Positions 29,521 through 38,463 of a DNA stretch of 64,000 nucleotides are shown here, piece by piece. The stretch comes from a virus. Lineage: Duplodnaviria > Caudoviricetes. The DNA lies in the IMG/VR virus record IMGVR_UViG_3300012983_000044, positions 1-64,000 of that record; one strand, 5' to 3'. A program made the translations under genes and the position numbers. Each line of letters opens with the position of its first letter. Position 1 is the stretch's first letter. Below the pieces are notes generated by a model, which had not been told where the DNA came from, did not search any database, and worked only from the letters and a program-made list of their open reading frames with translations.

Positions 29521-29955
29521 ATGAAGAAGCTGTTTGCTATTCTGTTTGTCCTGGCAATGCTGGCGCTGGGTGTATACGGTTACGCGGCGGAAGCAATCGA
29601 AGTCGCCGCAGACGTGGCTCAGGGCGTCGAGGCTGTGACCGACATTGCTCAGTCTGCGCCCTCCGGCACACTGCCCACATCGCCCTTTACATGGGAGGCA
29701 CTGGGCACGATTGCCGGTTGCACGGCTTTTGCTCTGCTTTTCGTCCAGCTCATTAAGGCCCCGTTGGATAAGGTCTGGAAGATTCCGACGCGAGCGCTGG
29801 TTTACGTCGTCTGCCTAATCCTGATGTTGGCAAGCGCAGCCTTTGGCGGAGGCTTGACTATGGAGAGTGCTGCCCTTGCCGTCGTGAACGCTGTCATCCC
29901 GACATTGGCCGCAATGGGCGCATACGAACTTGTGTTTGCAAAACTGGATAAATGA
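29521..29955 (+). CDS. Membrane protein, probable holin
   Basis: N-terminal signal-like helix plus three hydrophobic segments; end of lysis module. Confidence 0.65.
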   Translation: MKKLFAILFVLAMLALGVYGYAAEAIEVAADVAQGVEAVTDIAQSAPSGTLPTSPFTWEALGTIAGCTAFALLFVQLIKAPLDKVWKIPTRALVYVVCLILMLASAAFGGGLTMESAALAVVNAVIPTLAAMGAYELVFAKLDK

Positions 29956-29962
29956 CTTCATC

Positions 29963-29995
29963 TCACCCTACTCCCCAAATCAGGGAGTAGGGTGA
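29963..29995. terminator. Hairpin ending the late operon
   Basis: 13-bp stem TCACCCTACTCCC / GGGAGTAGGGTGA. Confidence 0.75.
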
Positions 29996-30008
29996 TTTAC
30001 GCCAAATC

Positions 30009-30030
30009 TGTTACCAACCGTGTTACCAAT
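30009..30030 (+). repeat. Integrase arm-type sites, left of core
   Basis: TGTTACCAAC (30009) and TGTTACCAAT (30021), 12-bp spacing. Confidence 0.7.
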
Positions 30031-30147
30031 AGAATTAGATAATCCGATACAAAACAAGATAATTTGCAAAGTGAGCGCAAAACGTCTGAACCATATTTAG
30101 GTTCATTAGTCCATCAAAACCACAATATATAGTGTATATCAACAAAT

Positions 30148-30179
30148 AAAACCCTACATGTTGTGTCATGCAGGGTTTT
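30148..30179. terminator. Terminator placed just 3' of the reconstituted tRNA
   Basis: AAAACCCTACATG / CATGCAGGGTTTT hairpin with A and T runs on either side. Confidence 0.7.
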
Positions 30180-30242
30180 TGGCGGAGAAGGAGGGATTTG
30201 AACCCTCGCGGCAGTTATCCCACCCTACTCCCTTAGCAGGGG
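30180..30242 (-). other. attP core: 3' part of tRNA-Ser(GCU)
   Basis: Minus strand reads CCCCTGCTAAGGGAGTAGGGTGGGATAACTGCCGCGAGGGTTCAAATCCCTCCTTCTCCGCCA (anticodon GCT, long variable arm, T loop, CCA); next to the integrase 3' end. Confidence 0.88.
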
Positions 30243-30281
30243 TTACTAAAATCCAATAAAATCAATACTTTTTGCCTGCAA

Positions 30282-30302
30282 AGATACCAACTTGTTACCA
30301 AC
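30282..30302 (+). repeat. Integrase arm-type sites, right of core
   Basis: AGATACCAAC (30282) and TGTTACCAAC (30293), same orientation as the left pair. Confidence 0.7.
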
Positions 30303-30317
30303 ACGGTTTTTGGTCGT

Positions 30318-31466
30318 TTATTCAGTTTTGTCCTCGTTTTTGTCTGTTCTGGTGATAGTGTTGGCTGCATTTAGCACATCTGCCTCGTCAGGATGGGCAT
30401 AGCGATCCAGCATTTTTGTAGTGGACCAACGCATCATGCGCTTGATGGTTTGCGGGGCTATGCCTTCCGTGATTGCAAGGCGCGTGGCCGTAGAATGACG
30501 GCAACAATACGGCTCCAGCTTGCGGCATTTTGCTGCTTTCAAGGCGTCGTAGTATGTGGCATACCATTTGTCCTCGTTCCTCGGCCATATATAGCCTGAT
30601 GGCTGGGCATGGGCGATCAGGTCCTCAACCATCGGGATTACATCGTTTGGCAGAAATACCGGTGACTCCTTGCGGACCTTGGTTTTCATGCCTACGCCAG
30701 TGATCTTGTGGCCTGCGATGTCTATATACTCAACTTTGAGTTGTTGCATCTCTCCAGGCATCATTCCTGTGTAGATCATCAGCAACGGTATGGAGGCTCG
30801 CATATCTCCGCTTTCATAGAGTTTCCATAGCGCTGTCTGTTCATCGTCCGTGAATACCTGGCGCTCTTTTTCTTCCAGCTTTGGCAAGATGATGTATGAC
30901 GGTATGTCCTTTGAGCACCATCCATCTGCCCCAGCCAGTTCAAACAGCTTTGTCAAGACGGTCTTGCAATCCCGGACCGTATAGTAGGTCTTTGCGACTG
31001 CGTTCACGGCGTCCCTGAGTTCTGCTACGGTGATTTGGTCTATCGGGCGGTATTGGAGCGCGTCTTTGAGTTTTTTCCACGCGCCACTGTAGGCAGTTTG
31101 CTTGGACTTCGACAAGGCCAGCAGTTCGCCTTCCGAGTAGGTATTCCAGTAGTCAATGAGCTGTGGGGCCATAACCTTCGGCTTATCGTCGATTTCGCGT
31201 AAGGCTTGGCAGTATTCCAGCGCTTCGCGTTTGGTAGAGAATCCACCCTTTGTACGATAGACGGCTTTCTTGCGCGGCGGATTGCTGTCCGGCACGGGAT
31301 CATATCTCACGACGATCCTTGCCGTCCACGTCTTGCCGCGCTTGATGGCTGTGCCTAAACCATTTCCGCGTTTGTGTTTTGCACGCAATGGCTCCTGCCT
31401 TGTGCCGCAATACGGGCAGAATACGGCGTCTGACGGCATGTCCTTTGAACACTTGCGGCAATTCAT
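30318..31466 (-). CDS. int: Tyrosine integrase with N-terminal zinc ribbon
   Basis: CxxC...CxxC N-terminus; catalytic R (TGMMPGE region, degenerate), RHSTAT, RYAH. Confidence 0.92.
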   Translation of the reverse strand: MNCRKCSKDMPSDAVFCPYCGTRQEPLRAKHKRGNGLGTAIKRGKTWTARIVVRYDPVPDSNPPRKKAVYRTKGGFSTKREALEYCQALREIDDKPKVMAPQLIDYWNTYSEGELLALSKSKQTAYSGAWKKLKDALQYRPIDQITVAELRDAVNAVAKTYYTVRDCKTVLTKLFELAGADGWCSKDIPSYIILPKLEEKERQVFTDDEQTALWKLYESGDMRASIPLLMIYTGMMPGEMQQLKVEYIDIAGHKITGVGMKTKVRKESPVFLPNDVIPMVEDLIAHAQPSGYIWPRNEDKWYATYYDALKAAKCRKLEPYCCRHSTATRLAITEGIAPQTIKRMMRWSTTKMLDRYAHPDEADVLNAANTITRTDKNEDKTE

Positions 31467-31468
31467 GG

Positions 31469-31498
31469 TTGACAGTCCTTTCGTGGGCGTGATATAAT
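31469..31498 (+). promoter_or_regulatory. Consensus promoter overlapping the integrase RBS, firing away from int
   Basis: TTGACA (31469-31474), 18 nt, TGA-TATAAT (31493-31498). Confidence 0.65.
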
Positions 31499-31884
31499 CC
31501 AGACAATCCAGCTAACCAAATAATCAGGGCAGGACTGATCCTCCTGTTTCTTCCAAGCCCGCCTGGTGGCGTAGCTGGATGGGGAGCGCTTGCGCTCGGT
31601 GTTGCGTGACGGAATAGACGGCTTGCGCCGGTAAAACCGATTGGCGAAGGACAGTTTGGTGTGTGCATGCAACGTGACCCAAACAGCCATGAGGTAAACG
31701 TAGACGCTGATTGGTCAGCGGCGTGGGCGCATACGGTCAAGTTGCATTTGACAGGAGCGTTTGACAAAAGATTGGACACACCTCGCATGTATGGTGCAAA
31801 TCCATACCGCAACATTTATCTGGCCGGGAAACCGGCCTTTTTTAATAACCGTATTTCCGTGATCGGGAGGCGCTTGTGATGGAA

Positions 31885-32313
31885 TCATTTTACAATAAAC
31901 CGTTTGAAGAAAGCGATAATGTCAGCGATATGAGCGAAAATAAAAGCCACTGCGCTACTGATAACCGCCGTGATGAAAGCCATTTTGATGCCATCATTCC
32001 CGTTCTTTATGTTATTATTGGTGAGCTTGGCGTCATTATTGGCTTCCTGTTCACGCACTTTTTTCTTCATTCGTAAATAATCGCGTCCATCTTCTGACAA
32101 GCGATATTTGATTGTGTCTCGATCAACATCCGGTGTTCGACAGTAGGCCCATTTGATTTTTGTTTCAGCCAAATAACCCTTTTCGAGTAATTGGCCCACC
32201 AGAGACCTTGCTACATCAATTCTATAGATGGTTGCAAGGTCTTTTATGCTTATGCCATCATCGGCCTCGTCGTATCGCTCCAGCAAACCCAGCATTTCAA
32301 ATTCGTTTTTCAT
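31885..32313 (-). CDS. Winged-helix-like protein with C-terminal TM helix, downstream of cI
   Basis: 142-aa ORF; hydrophobic C-terminal segment; RBS present. Confidence 0.6.
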   Translation of the reverse strand: MKNEFEMLGLLERYDEADDGISIKDLATIYRIDVARSLVGQLLEKGYLAETKIKWAYCRTPDVDRDTIKYRLSEDGRDYLRMKKKVREQEANNDAKLTNNNIKNGNDGIKMAFITAVISSAVAFIFAHIADIIAFFKRFIVK

Positions 32314-32333
32314 AGCCTTCGTCCATCACGTCA

Positions 32334-32699
32334 TCAGCTTGAAGCTTTCCCGTCTTGCTGGACGAGCCGGGCTTCGGCGGCGTCTAACTCATTCATGCAC
32401 ACTTGGATGATTCTGAAACGGCCTTTAGAATCTGCGGCACGGAACGCTTCGATCAATGTCCATTCATCTTCCGAAAGTGCATCATCCCTTTTACCGTAAT
32501 CGGCATCTTTTTTGTTTTCTGAAAAATAATATCCTTCGACACCAAAGTAGTCAGCGAACTTTGATATAACACTCCCTCTTGGCTCGACGCCGTTCTTCCA
32601 TTTGCTGATATTTCCGCTACTCATACCAAGTTCGTTGACTACGTTAGTGATTTTAAGACCACGTTCATTGCAAATTTGAATCAATTTATCATAAAACAT
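32334..32699 (-). CDS. CI-like repressor (XRE HTH)
   Basis: MFYDKLIQIC...ELGMSSGNISKWKNGVEP...KFADYFGV; divergent from lytic genes. Confidence 0.88.
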   Translation of the reverse strand: MFYDKLIQICNERGLKITNVVNELGMSSGNISKWKNGVEPRGSVISKFADYFGVEGYYFSENKKDADYGKRDDALSEDEWTLIEAFRAADSKGRFRIIQVCMNELDAAEARLVQQDGKASS

Positions 32700-32748
32700 A
32701 ATACTGCACCTCTGGACTATTATATATTCTAATGGTGCGTAAAAACCA

Positions 32749-32777
32749 TTGACAAACGCACCAAAGGAATGTATAAT
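32749..32777 (+). promoter_or_regulatory. Early lytic promoter with flanking operator-like inverted repeat
   Basis: TTGACA-17-TATAAT; inverted repeat TGGTGCGT / ACGCACCA straddles the -35. Confidence 0.85.
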
Positions 32778-32938
32778 AGTCAATGTCAACGGAAGTTGTT
32801 AAACCAAAAATCAAACACACCCTACCGGGAAGCCTCCCGCCAAGGAAAGTGGTCGGTCTATTTGGAACTCGCAACTTCATTATAGGCTAAAAACGGTTTA
32901 TGGTCAACAACTTTCGTTGGACAATGTATTGACGAAAA

Positions 32939-33205
32939 ATGCACTTAAAGCGCATTGCGAGGGAGGTGAATATCCAGGTGCATGATGAACGAAGGGCGAT
33001 CCGCAATCGGCTGGGCGACAACAGGCTTACTTTCGTTTGGCTGATTGACCAGCTCCATATGCGCGGAATCGTTACTGACAAGACTGAATTAAGCTCGGTA
33101 TTCGCCGGTACGCGCAACGGGCCGAAGGCGAAAGAAATTTTGGCGACTTCTGAGCTGATACTGAACGAATATGAAACCAAGTTCGCGGCCAAGGCTGCGA
33201 CATAG
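32939..33205 (+). CDS. Cro-like small DNA-binding protein
   Basis: First rightward ORF after the switch; HTH-like pattern. Confidence 0.55.
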   Translation: MHLKRIAREVNIQVHDERRAIRNRLGDNRLTFVWLIDQLHMRGIVTDKTELSSVFAGTRNGPKAKEILATSELILNEYETKFAAKAAT

Positions 33206-33208
33206 GCG

Positions 33209-33433
33209 GTGAAGCAAATGACCATCGACGAGATCAGGGCCAGTGACAAGGACATGTTGACGCCATCGGACGTTGCGCCGGTTTTGAATTGTCATCCGTA
33301 CAGCCTGAACGTCACGGCCAAGACCAACATCAAGGCGCTTGGGTTCCCGGCCTGTCTGGTTGGCACACGGTTGAAAATTCCGAGGATTGGTTTCCTTCGG
33401 TGGTATGACGGCTTGCAGGAGGTTACAACGTAA
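33209..33433 (+). CDS. Excisionase-like HTH protein
   Basis: LTPSDVAPVL...GTRLKIPR...FLRW pattern. Confidence 0.7.
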   Translation: MKQMTIDEIRASDKDMLTPSDVAPVLNCHPYSLNVTAKTNIKALGFPACLVGTRLKIPRIGFLRWYDGLQEVTT

Positions 33434-34254
33434 TGGCAGATCGTGACTTTAAGGGCGTATTCATCCCGAAGGCAATCTGGCTGAACAGGAACCTTAACCT
33501 TACGGATAAGGCTGTGCTGGTTGAGATTGACAGCCTGGATAACGGCGAGGATGGATGCTGGGCCAGCAACAAGCACTTTGCGCAAATGCTGGGCTGCACC
33601 GAACGTCAGGCGTCGGCGTCCATTTCAAAGCTCGTGAACATGGGCTATGTCAAGGTTCTCAGCTTCGACGGACGTACCCGGTATCTGCGGAGCCTCATGA
33701 ACGAGAAATGCGCCGAACAGGAGCACGAAAACCGCGAGGCAGCGTCACGGGAACTTCCAGGCAGCCTGACGGAAACTTCTACCCTGCCTGACGAAAACTT
33801 CCAGGCAGCCTCACAAAAACTTCCACCAAGTAAACCAAAGAGAAATACAAGGAGTAAAACACTGAGTATTTCTAAGAATCCTACGGATTCTTGCTCGGAG
33901 CCGGAAAAATCCGCCTCCGAGCCGACTGAACCGGCTGTGATTTCTCTGCCGCTCAATGACGGCACTGAGCATCCTGTCACCCAGGCGGACATCGACAAGT
34001 ATGTGAGCCTTTACCCGGCTGTAGACGTGATGCAGGAGCTTCGGAAGATGGTCGGGTGGATAGACGCAAGTCCCAAGAACAGGAAAACGCGCAAGGGAAT
34101 CAAGCGGTTCATCAATAGCTGGCTTTCTCGGGAGCAGGACAGAGGCGGAGGCAGGAAAGCGCAGGCGGCAGATCGGCCACAATCCAACGCCTTCGGCCTT
34201 GACCGGCGCAACAACAATACGCCTAAACCGTTCGGGGGTGGGATCATTGTCTGA
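33433..34254 (+). CDS. Replication initiator (N-terminal HTH, C-terminal DnaD-like domain)
   Basis: CWASNKHFAQMLG HTH; YPAVDVMQELRKM...W...FINSWL; upstream of loader; contains iterons. Confidence 0.85.
   Translation: MADRDFKGVFIPKAIWLNRNLNLTDKAVLVEIDSLDNGEDGCWASNKHFAQMLGCTERQASASISKLVNMGYVKVLSFDGRTRYLRSLMNEKCAEQEHENREAASRELPGSLTETSTLPDENFQAASQKLPPSKPKRNTRSKTLSISKNPTDSCSEPEKSASEPTEPAVISLPLNDGTEHPVTQADIDKYVSLYPAVDVMQELRKMVGWIDASPKNRKTRKGIKRFINSWLSREQDRGGGRKAQAADRPQSNAFGLDRRNNNTPKPFGGGIIV
33727..33827 (+). repeat. 22-bp iterons (probable replication origin)
   Basis: Units at 33727, 33749, 33771, 33793 and partial 33815, consensus G(A/G)AAACTTCCAGGCAGCCT(G/C)AC, followed by an A-rich tract. Confidence 0.75.
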
Positions 34255-35155
34255 GCAGGATGGGCGGCTGTCCGAAGTCGTCAAGGCACTGGAAGGGCTT
34301 GGAGCATTGACGCGGGAACAGTTCAGAGAGCGGGAGTACAAGCGGCTGGTGACGATTATGAACGAGCGCAATGCCCGGCCGGGGAAACTGAACGTGGATC
34401 ACATGGACGGTTTCGGCAGGCTGGTTCATGGGGATGGGATCGACTGTCAAAGGTGCCTGAACCGTGGCGCGGTAATGGTGATTCGGTATGATGGCACGAG
34501 CCTTCCGACGCTGGAATATCAGCCCTGCGATTGCGTAAAGCGCAGGGGCTACGCCAGACGGTTGAGCGATTCCGGGCTTGCAAGGGCTACGAGGAAATAT
34601 CGGTTCGACAACTTTGAGACCGTGGAGCCGTGGCAGACCTACATGCTGGACAAGGCGCGAAAGTACGTCCGGGAAGGTGCTACGGAAGGCAAGTGGCTGT
34701 ACATCGGCGGTCAGAGCGGAAGCGGCAAGACCCATCTCTGCACGGCGGTTGCGAACGAGCTGCTAAAGTGCGGCGATCTGAAATACGTCGTATGGCCGCA
34801 GACAGCAAGGTACATCAAAAGCCTTATCACCGATGATGAACGCTACGAAACTGAGGTCATGGCGCTCCAGAACGTGAAATTTCTGTACCTGGACGATTTC
34901 TTCAAGCCCGTGTTCAACGCCAACGGCATGGAGGCCATTTCGACGGCAGCGGATGTCCGGCTGGCCTACGATGTGCTGAACTACCGCTATCTGGCAGAGA
35001 TGCCGACGATCCTCTCCAGCGAATGGTTCTCCGCTGAACTGGCGCAGATCGACGAGGCGACGGCGGGGCGGATTGCGGAGGCGTGTGGAGAGTACAAAAT
35101 CGACGTCGGGCGCGATGTAAAGCGGAATCACAGGCTGAAAAGCGAGGTGATCTAA
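34247..35155 (+). CDS. DnaC/IstB-like helicase loader ATPase
   Basis: Walker A GQSGSGKTHL, Walker B LYLDDFFK, CxxC zinc motifs. Confidence 0.9.
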   Translation: MSEQDGRLSEVVKALEGLGALTREQFREREYKRLVTIMNERNARPGKLNVDHMDGFGRLVHGDGIDCQRCLNRGAVMVIRYDGTSLPTLEYQPCDCVKRRGYARRLSDSGLARATRKYRFDNFETVEPWQTYMLDKARKYVREGATEGKWLYIGGQSGSGKTHLCTAVANELLKCGDLKYVVWPQTARYIKSLITDDERYETEVMALQNVKFLYLDDFFKPVFNANGMEAISTAADVRLAYDVLNYRYLAEMPTILSSEWFSAELAQIDEATAGRIAEACGEYKIDVGRDVKRNHRLKSEVI

Positions 35156-35293
35156 CTGTGAACAGTTGTTGATTGCACGAGGTTAGGTAAGGCGTTGCGA
35201 GGCGTGGCGCTGTAGGTTGAGGCGCGGCAGACAAGGCAGGGTAAGACTGGCCACAAACAAGATGGATTAACAAATTCAAGACGATGAAAATTT

Positions 35294-36388
35294 GTGAGGA
35301 GGATTAACATTATGGCTACTGCAAAGAAGGTTGAACTGGTTGAGATCAAGCCCATCGAAGAAACTGTCCTGAACGTGCGTGTGGTTGGCGATTCGCCGCT
35401 GATTACCCACTGCTGGGACGCCAAAGCCAAGCGCGAGATTCTGGAAAAGGAAATGAACCTGACCAAGGTCAAGAGGCGCGATCCCAAAAATCCTGTGGCT
35501 GACTTCTGCGCTTCCATGTACTGGCTGACGCCGATGCCGGAGGAGTTCACCGATGAAGCGGTGGACGCAGCGATGGCGAACGCCCGGTTCGGCTTCCCGG
35601 TGACCGGCTTCAAGCAGGCAGCAATCAGCGCGGCCTACCGCAATGGCTGGGCGAAGGACAAGATGTCCCTGCGCGGCGCATTCTTCATCGCGCCAGACGC
35701 CAACGGCTACTATGCCGGTGATCTGATGTTGAACGATGCCAGGACCAAGATCGACATCATCCCGAATGTGTTCCTGCACAATCAGCTCATTGAGATCAAG
35801 GGCAGCAAACCGGTGATGCGGCAGGACATGGTAAAGGTCGGCATGGGCGCTGCGGACATCCGCTATCGCGCCGAGTTTACGGAATGGTATTGCGATATGC
35901 AGATTCGCTATTCATGGAAGTACGGTAGCCGATTCTCGGCACAGATGGTCGGCGAGCAGTTTGAGGCCATCGAGAAGCGCGACGGAACGCTGACCAAATC
36001 GGCCATCGTGGACGCGGCCCGGAGCGAGGACAGCCCCATGCACGGCATGTTTGAGTGGGATGACGCTGTGGCCGGCGAACTGTACCGCGAGAATCAGGCG
36101 GGCTACTACATTCGCACGCTGGAGGTCAAGATCGTGCCGGTAGGCAATCCGAACGGCAAGCCCGTCACGATGCGCGGATATGTCAATGTAGCGCCGGTTA
36201 TCAAGAACGCGCCCGAGGGGAAAGGCACGTTCATGAACGTGAACAGGGCCATTGAACAGCCTGACACGTACATGATCGTGCTGGAACGCGCTAAGAACCA
36301 GTTGCGGATTTTCCGCGAGCAGTACAAGAACATCAAAGAACTGGAGCCTGTGTTTGCGGCGATCAACCAGGTTGTGATGGAGGTATGA
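35294..36388 (+). CDS. Conserved phage hypothetical protein, apparently two domains fused
   Basis: 364 aa with biased codons; GFPVTGFKQA...DIRYR half and YSWK...FEWDD...A half. Confidence 0.7.
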   Translation: MRRINIMATAKKVELVEIKPIEETVLNVRVVGDSPLITHCWDAKAKREILEKEMNLTKVKRRDPKNPVADFCASMYWLTPMPEEFTDEAVDAAMANARFGFPVTGFKQAAISAAYRNGWAKDKMSLRGAFFIAPDANGYYAGDLMLNDARTKIDIIPNVFLHNQLIEIKGSKPVMRQDMVKVGMGAADIRYRAEFTEWYCDMQIRYSWKYGSRFSAQMVGEQFEAIEKRDGTLTKSAIVDAARSEDSPMHGMFEWDDAVAGELYRENQAGYYIRTLEVKIVPVGNPNGKPVTMRGYVNVAPVIKNAPEGKGTFMNVNRAIEQPDTYMIVLERAKNQLRIFREQYKNIKELEPVFAAINQVVMEV

Positions 36389-36391
36389 AAT

Positions 36392-36760
36392 ATGGCAGAG
36401 ACCAGGCGCGGCGCGGTAATGCTGCTGACAAGTGGCGATCCCGCGATATACAACGCGATTGCTGATGGGATTTTGACTGCGAGGGCTTTGACGCCTTCGC
36501 AGCCCGAGACCCCGGAGGCGGCGATGATCCGCAAACGCGCGGCGGATGCCCTGCGCCGCATAGACATGCGGTGCAGGCCGAAGGAGGCCGACGATGACGA
36601 CATCGAGACCCGGATTTTGAAGGCGCAGGCGACTTATGGCACGGTATCCAGGCCGTCCGTATTGCGGAGCATCGGTGGGAAACTGTTGGGACTGTACGGT
36701 TTTGCAGTGCTAAAGGTGCATGACTTCCTCGATTTCGATAACGCGCGGTGGAGAGGGTGA
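36392..36760 (+). CDS. Hypothetical protein
   Basis: ORF with GGAGG RBS, coupled to previous gene. Confidence 0.55.
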   Translation: MAETRRGAVMLLTSGDPAIYNAIADGILTARALTPSQPETPEAAMIRKRAADALRRIDMRCRPKEADDDDIETRILKAQATYGTVSRPSVLRSIGGKLLGLYGFAVLKVHDFLDFDNARWRG

Positions 36761-36771
36761 TGAACTGACTA

Positions 36772-37388
36772 TGTGGATCAGGGATTTCAGGGAGCGCATG
36801 GGCCTGGAACTGGACGAGCTTGCGAAGGCCGTCAACATGTACAGGCGCTTTACGAAGCAGAGAATCAATGGCGTTGTCAGCGATGTACTGATACACACCC
36901 TTGAAGTTGATGACAAGGCCATCACCCATCCGGTATTAGCGAATGCGATTGCCGTAGTTTGCGGAGCAACGCGGGAGGAGCGCAACAGCATCGTTGCGGA
37001 ACACAATCGGTGTGAGACATGGATTTGCCCGGCAGACAGCGAAACGGAAAAGCTCATCAGGAGGGCGATCTACACTGCGACAGGGCGGTTGCCGGAGGAT
37101 GAACCTAAGCGCAATGAAGTCAGCCCTCAAAAGCTGGCAGCACAATTCAAGAAGCGCCCGGTAGTGAAACTGAACAGGATGGGCAATACACTGGAAAGCT
37201 ACGATTCGGTGCTGGACGCCGCAAATCTCAATGGTTTGAGCAACAAGTATGTGCGGAACAGGTGTCGCAGGACGATCAAGGATCAGCGGTTCATGTTCGC
37301 CGGTGATCGCGGGTACACCTTCCGCTATGCGGATGAATGGGACGCCATGTCGCAGGCTGAGAGGCTTGCTGATATAAACGCCAGGTAG
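36772..37388 (+). CDS. Hypothetical DNA-binding protein (C-terminal NUMOD1-like segment)
   Basis: RPVVKLNRMGNTLESYDSVLDAA...VRNRC...GYTFRY pattern. Confidence 0.6.
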
Positions 37389-38092
37389 AGCGCCTGGCGG
37401 ATGTGGGAGGCCGACGATAGATCGCGGCGCAAGACCGTGGGGATTCCTGGATTGCGCTCGGCAAGGCAGACCCTTGCGCCTCCCGGATGATGATTAAAGA
37501 TTGGAGAGGGGGATTGGTTCGCATGAAGAAATGGCTGAACGTGCTTGCAAAGTAAGATTTCATCATCGCCCAGCAGCCCCAGTTCCAGGGCCAAGAAATG
37601 GAGGCACCATCCAGCATGAGATATACTTCGGGATTTACTTAGCGGCCATACAAAAGGCCGATATATAAACCTCTTGCGATTGTGACGGTTTGAAAGACAA
37701 TGGTCTCAGTCAAAAAGCAAGTAGAAAACCTGTGTGGGCCTATCGGCGGAGGCTGGATGCCGTGGATGTGGATGGGCGGAAAGCCCAGGGAGCCGGGTTT
37801 ACATACATGAGGTTTACCGGCAACAATACAGATTGCTCAAAACTGAAAGGAGGCATGGCTGATGGCCTGGATTTGCTGGTATGCGCAGAGAGGCATAGCG
37901 AATTGCGCGAAAGACGTTATCTCGCTGGTCTGGACAATGCCTGAGTGTCCGAAGCGGCTTGGCAAAAGGGAAACGTCCCTGCATATCTGCGTGGCGTCCA
38001 GGGTTCGCAGATGCACAGCGGCCACGGGCGAGTAAATGCGGAAGATGCTCAGGCATGACACCTTCCGGCAGGCGCGGTTGCCTGCCGGATGT

Positions 38093-38166
38093 GGGCGAAT
38101 AGCTCAAACGGCAAGAGCAGCGGACTTTACATCCGTAGGATGATGGTTCAAATCCATCTTCGCCAG
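38093..38166 (+). tRNA. tRNA with UUA anticodon (ochre-suppressor-like or pseudo-tRNA)
   Basis: D arm GCTC/GAGC, anticodon arm GCGGA-CTTTACA-TCCGT, T arm GATGG-TTCAAAT-CCATC; G1:A72 mismatch and C37. Confidence 0.65.
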
Positions 38167-38310
38167 CGCGTCGTTTAATGGCATTCTTTGTGCGGGGCTA
38201 TAAGCCCAGCCGCATGCGTAATACTCCTCGCATGGGCGTCCGCCTGTAAGGCTGTACCTTCTTTTTTAGGTGGGTTTTTCAAAGGACGGCACTTATCAAA
38301 GGCGGGCTAT

Positions 38311-38381
38311 GCCGCCATCTTCCAAAGGCAGGAAAGCTGATCCGTAATCAGTGAATGTGGGTTCGATTCCTACTGGCGGCT
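38311..38381 (+). tRNA. tRNA-Thr (CGU), non-canonical C33
   Basis: GCCGCCA/TGGCGGC acceptor, GCTGA-TCCGTAA-TCAGT, GTGGG-TTCGATT-CCTAC. Confidence 0.75.
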
Positions 38382-38384
38382 TTT

Positions 38385-38455
38385 GCCGATGTAGTTCAAC
38401 GGTAAAACTGGTGCCTTGTAAGCACCTGTTCAGGGTTCGATTCCCTGCATCGGCT
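38385..38455 (+). tRNA. tRNA-Thr (UGU)
   Basis: GCCGATG/CATCGGC acceptor, GGTGC-CTTGTAA-GCACC, CAGGG-TTCGATT-CCCTG. Confidence 0.9.
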
Positions 38456-38463
38456 TTGATTAT

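Noticed and set aside
30180-30242. Complete tRNA-Ser gene
   Set aside because: The 5' half (acceptor 5' strand and D arm) is missing; it is the att core.
35180-35245. AGGY-rich low-complexity tract as a regulatory repeat
   Set aside because: Units are too degenerate to define; noted only as context for the gene fusion finding.
38282-38340. Possible c-di-GMP riboswitch (GGCAGGAAAG)
   Set aside because: The sequence is the D arm of tRNA-Thr(CGU).
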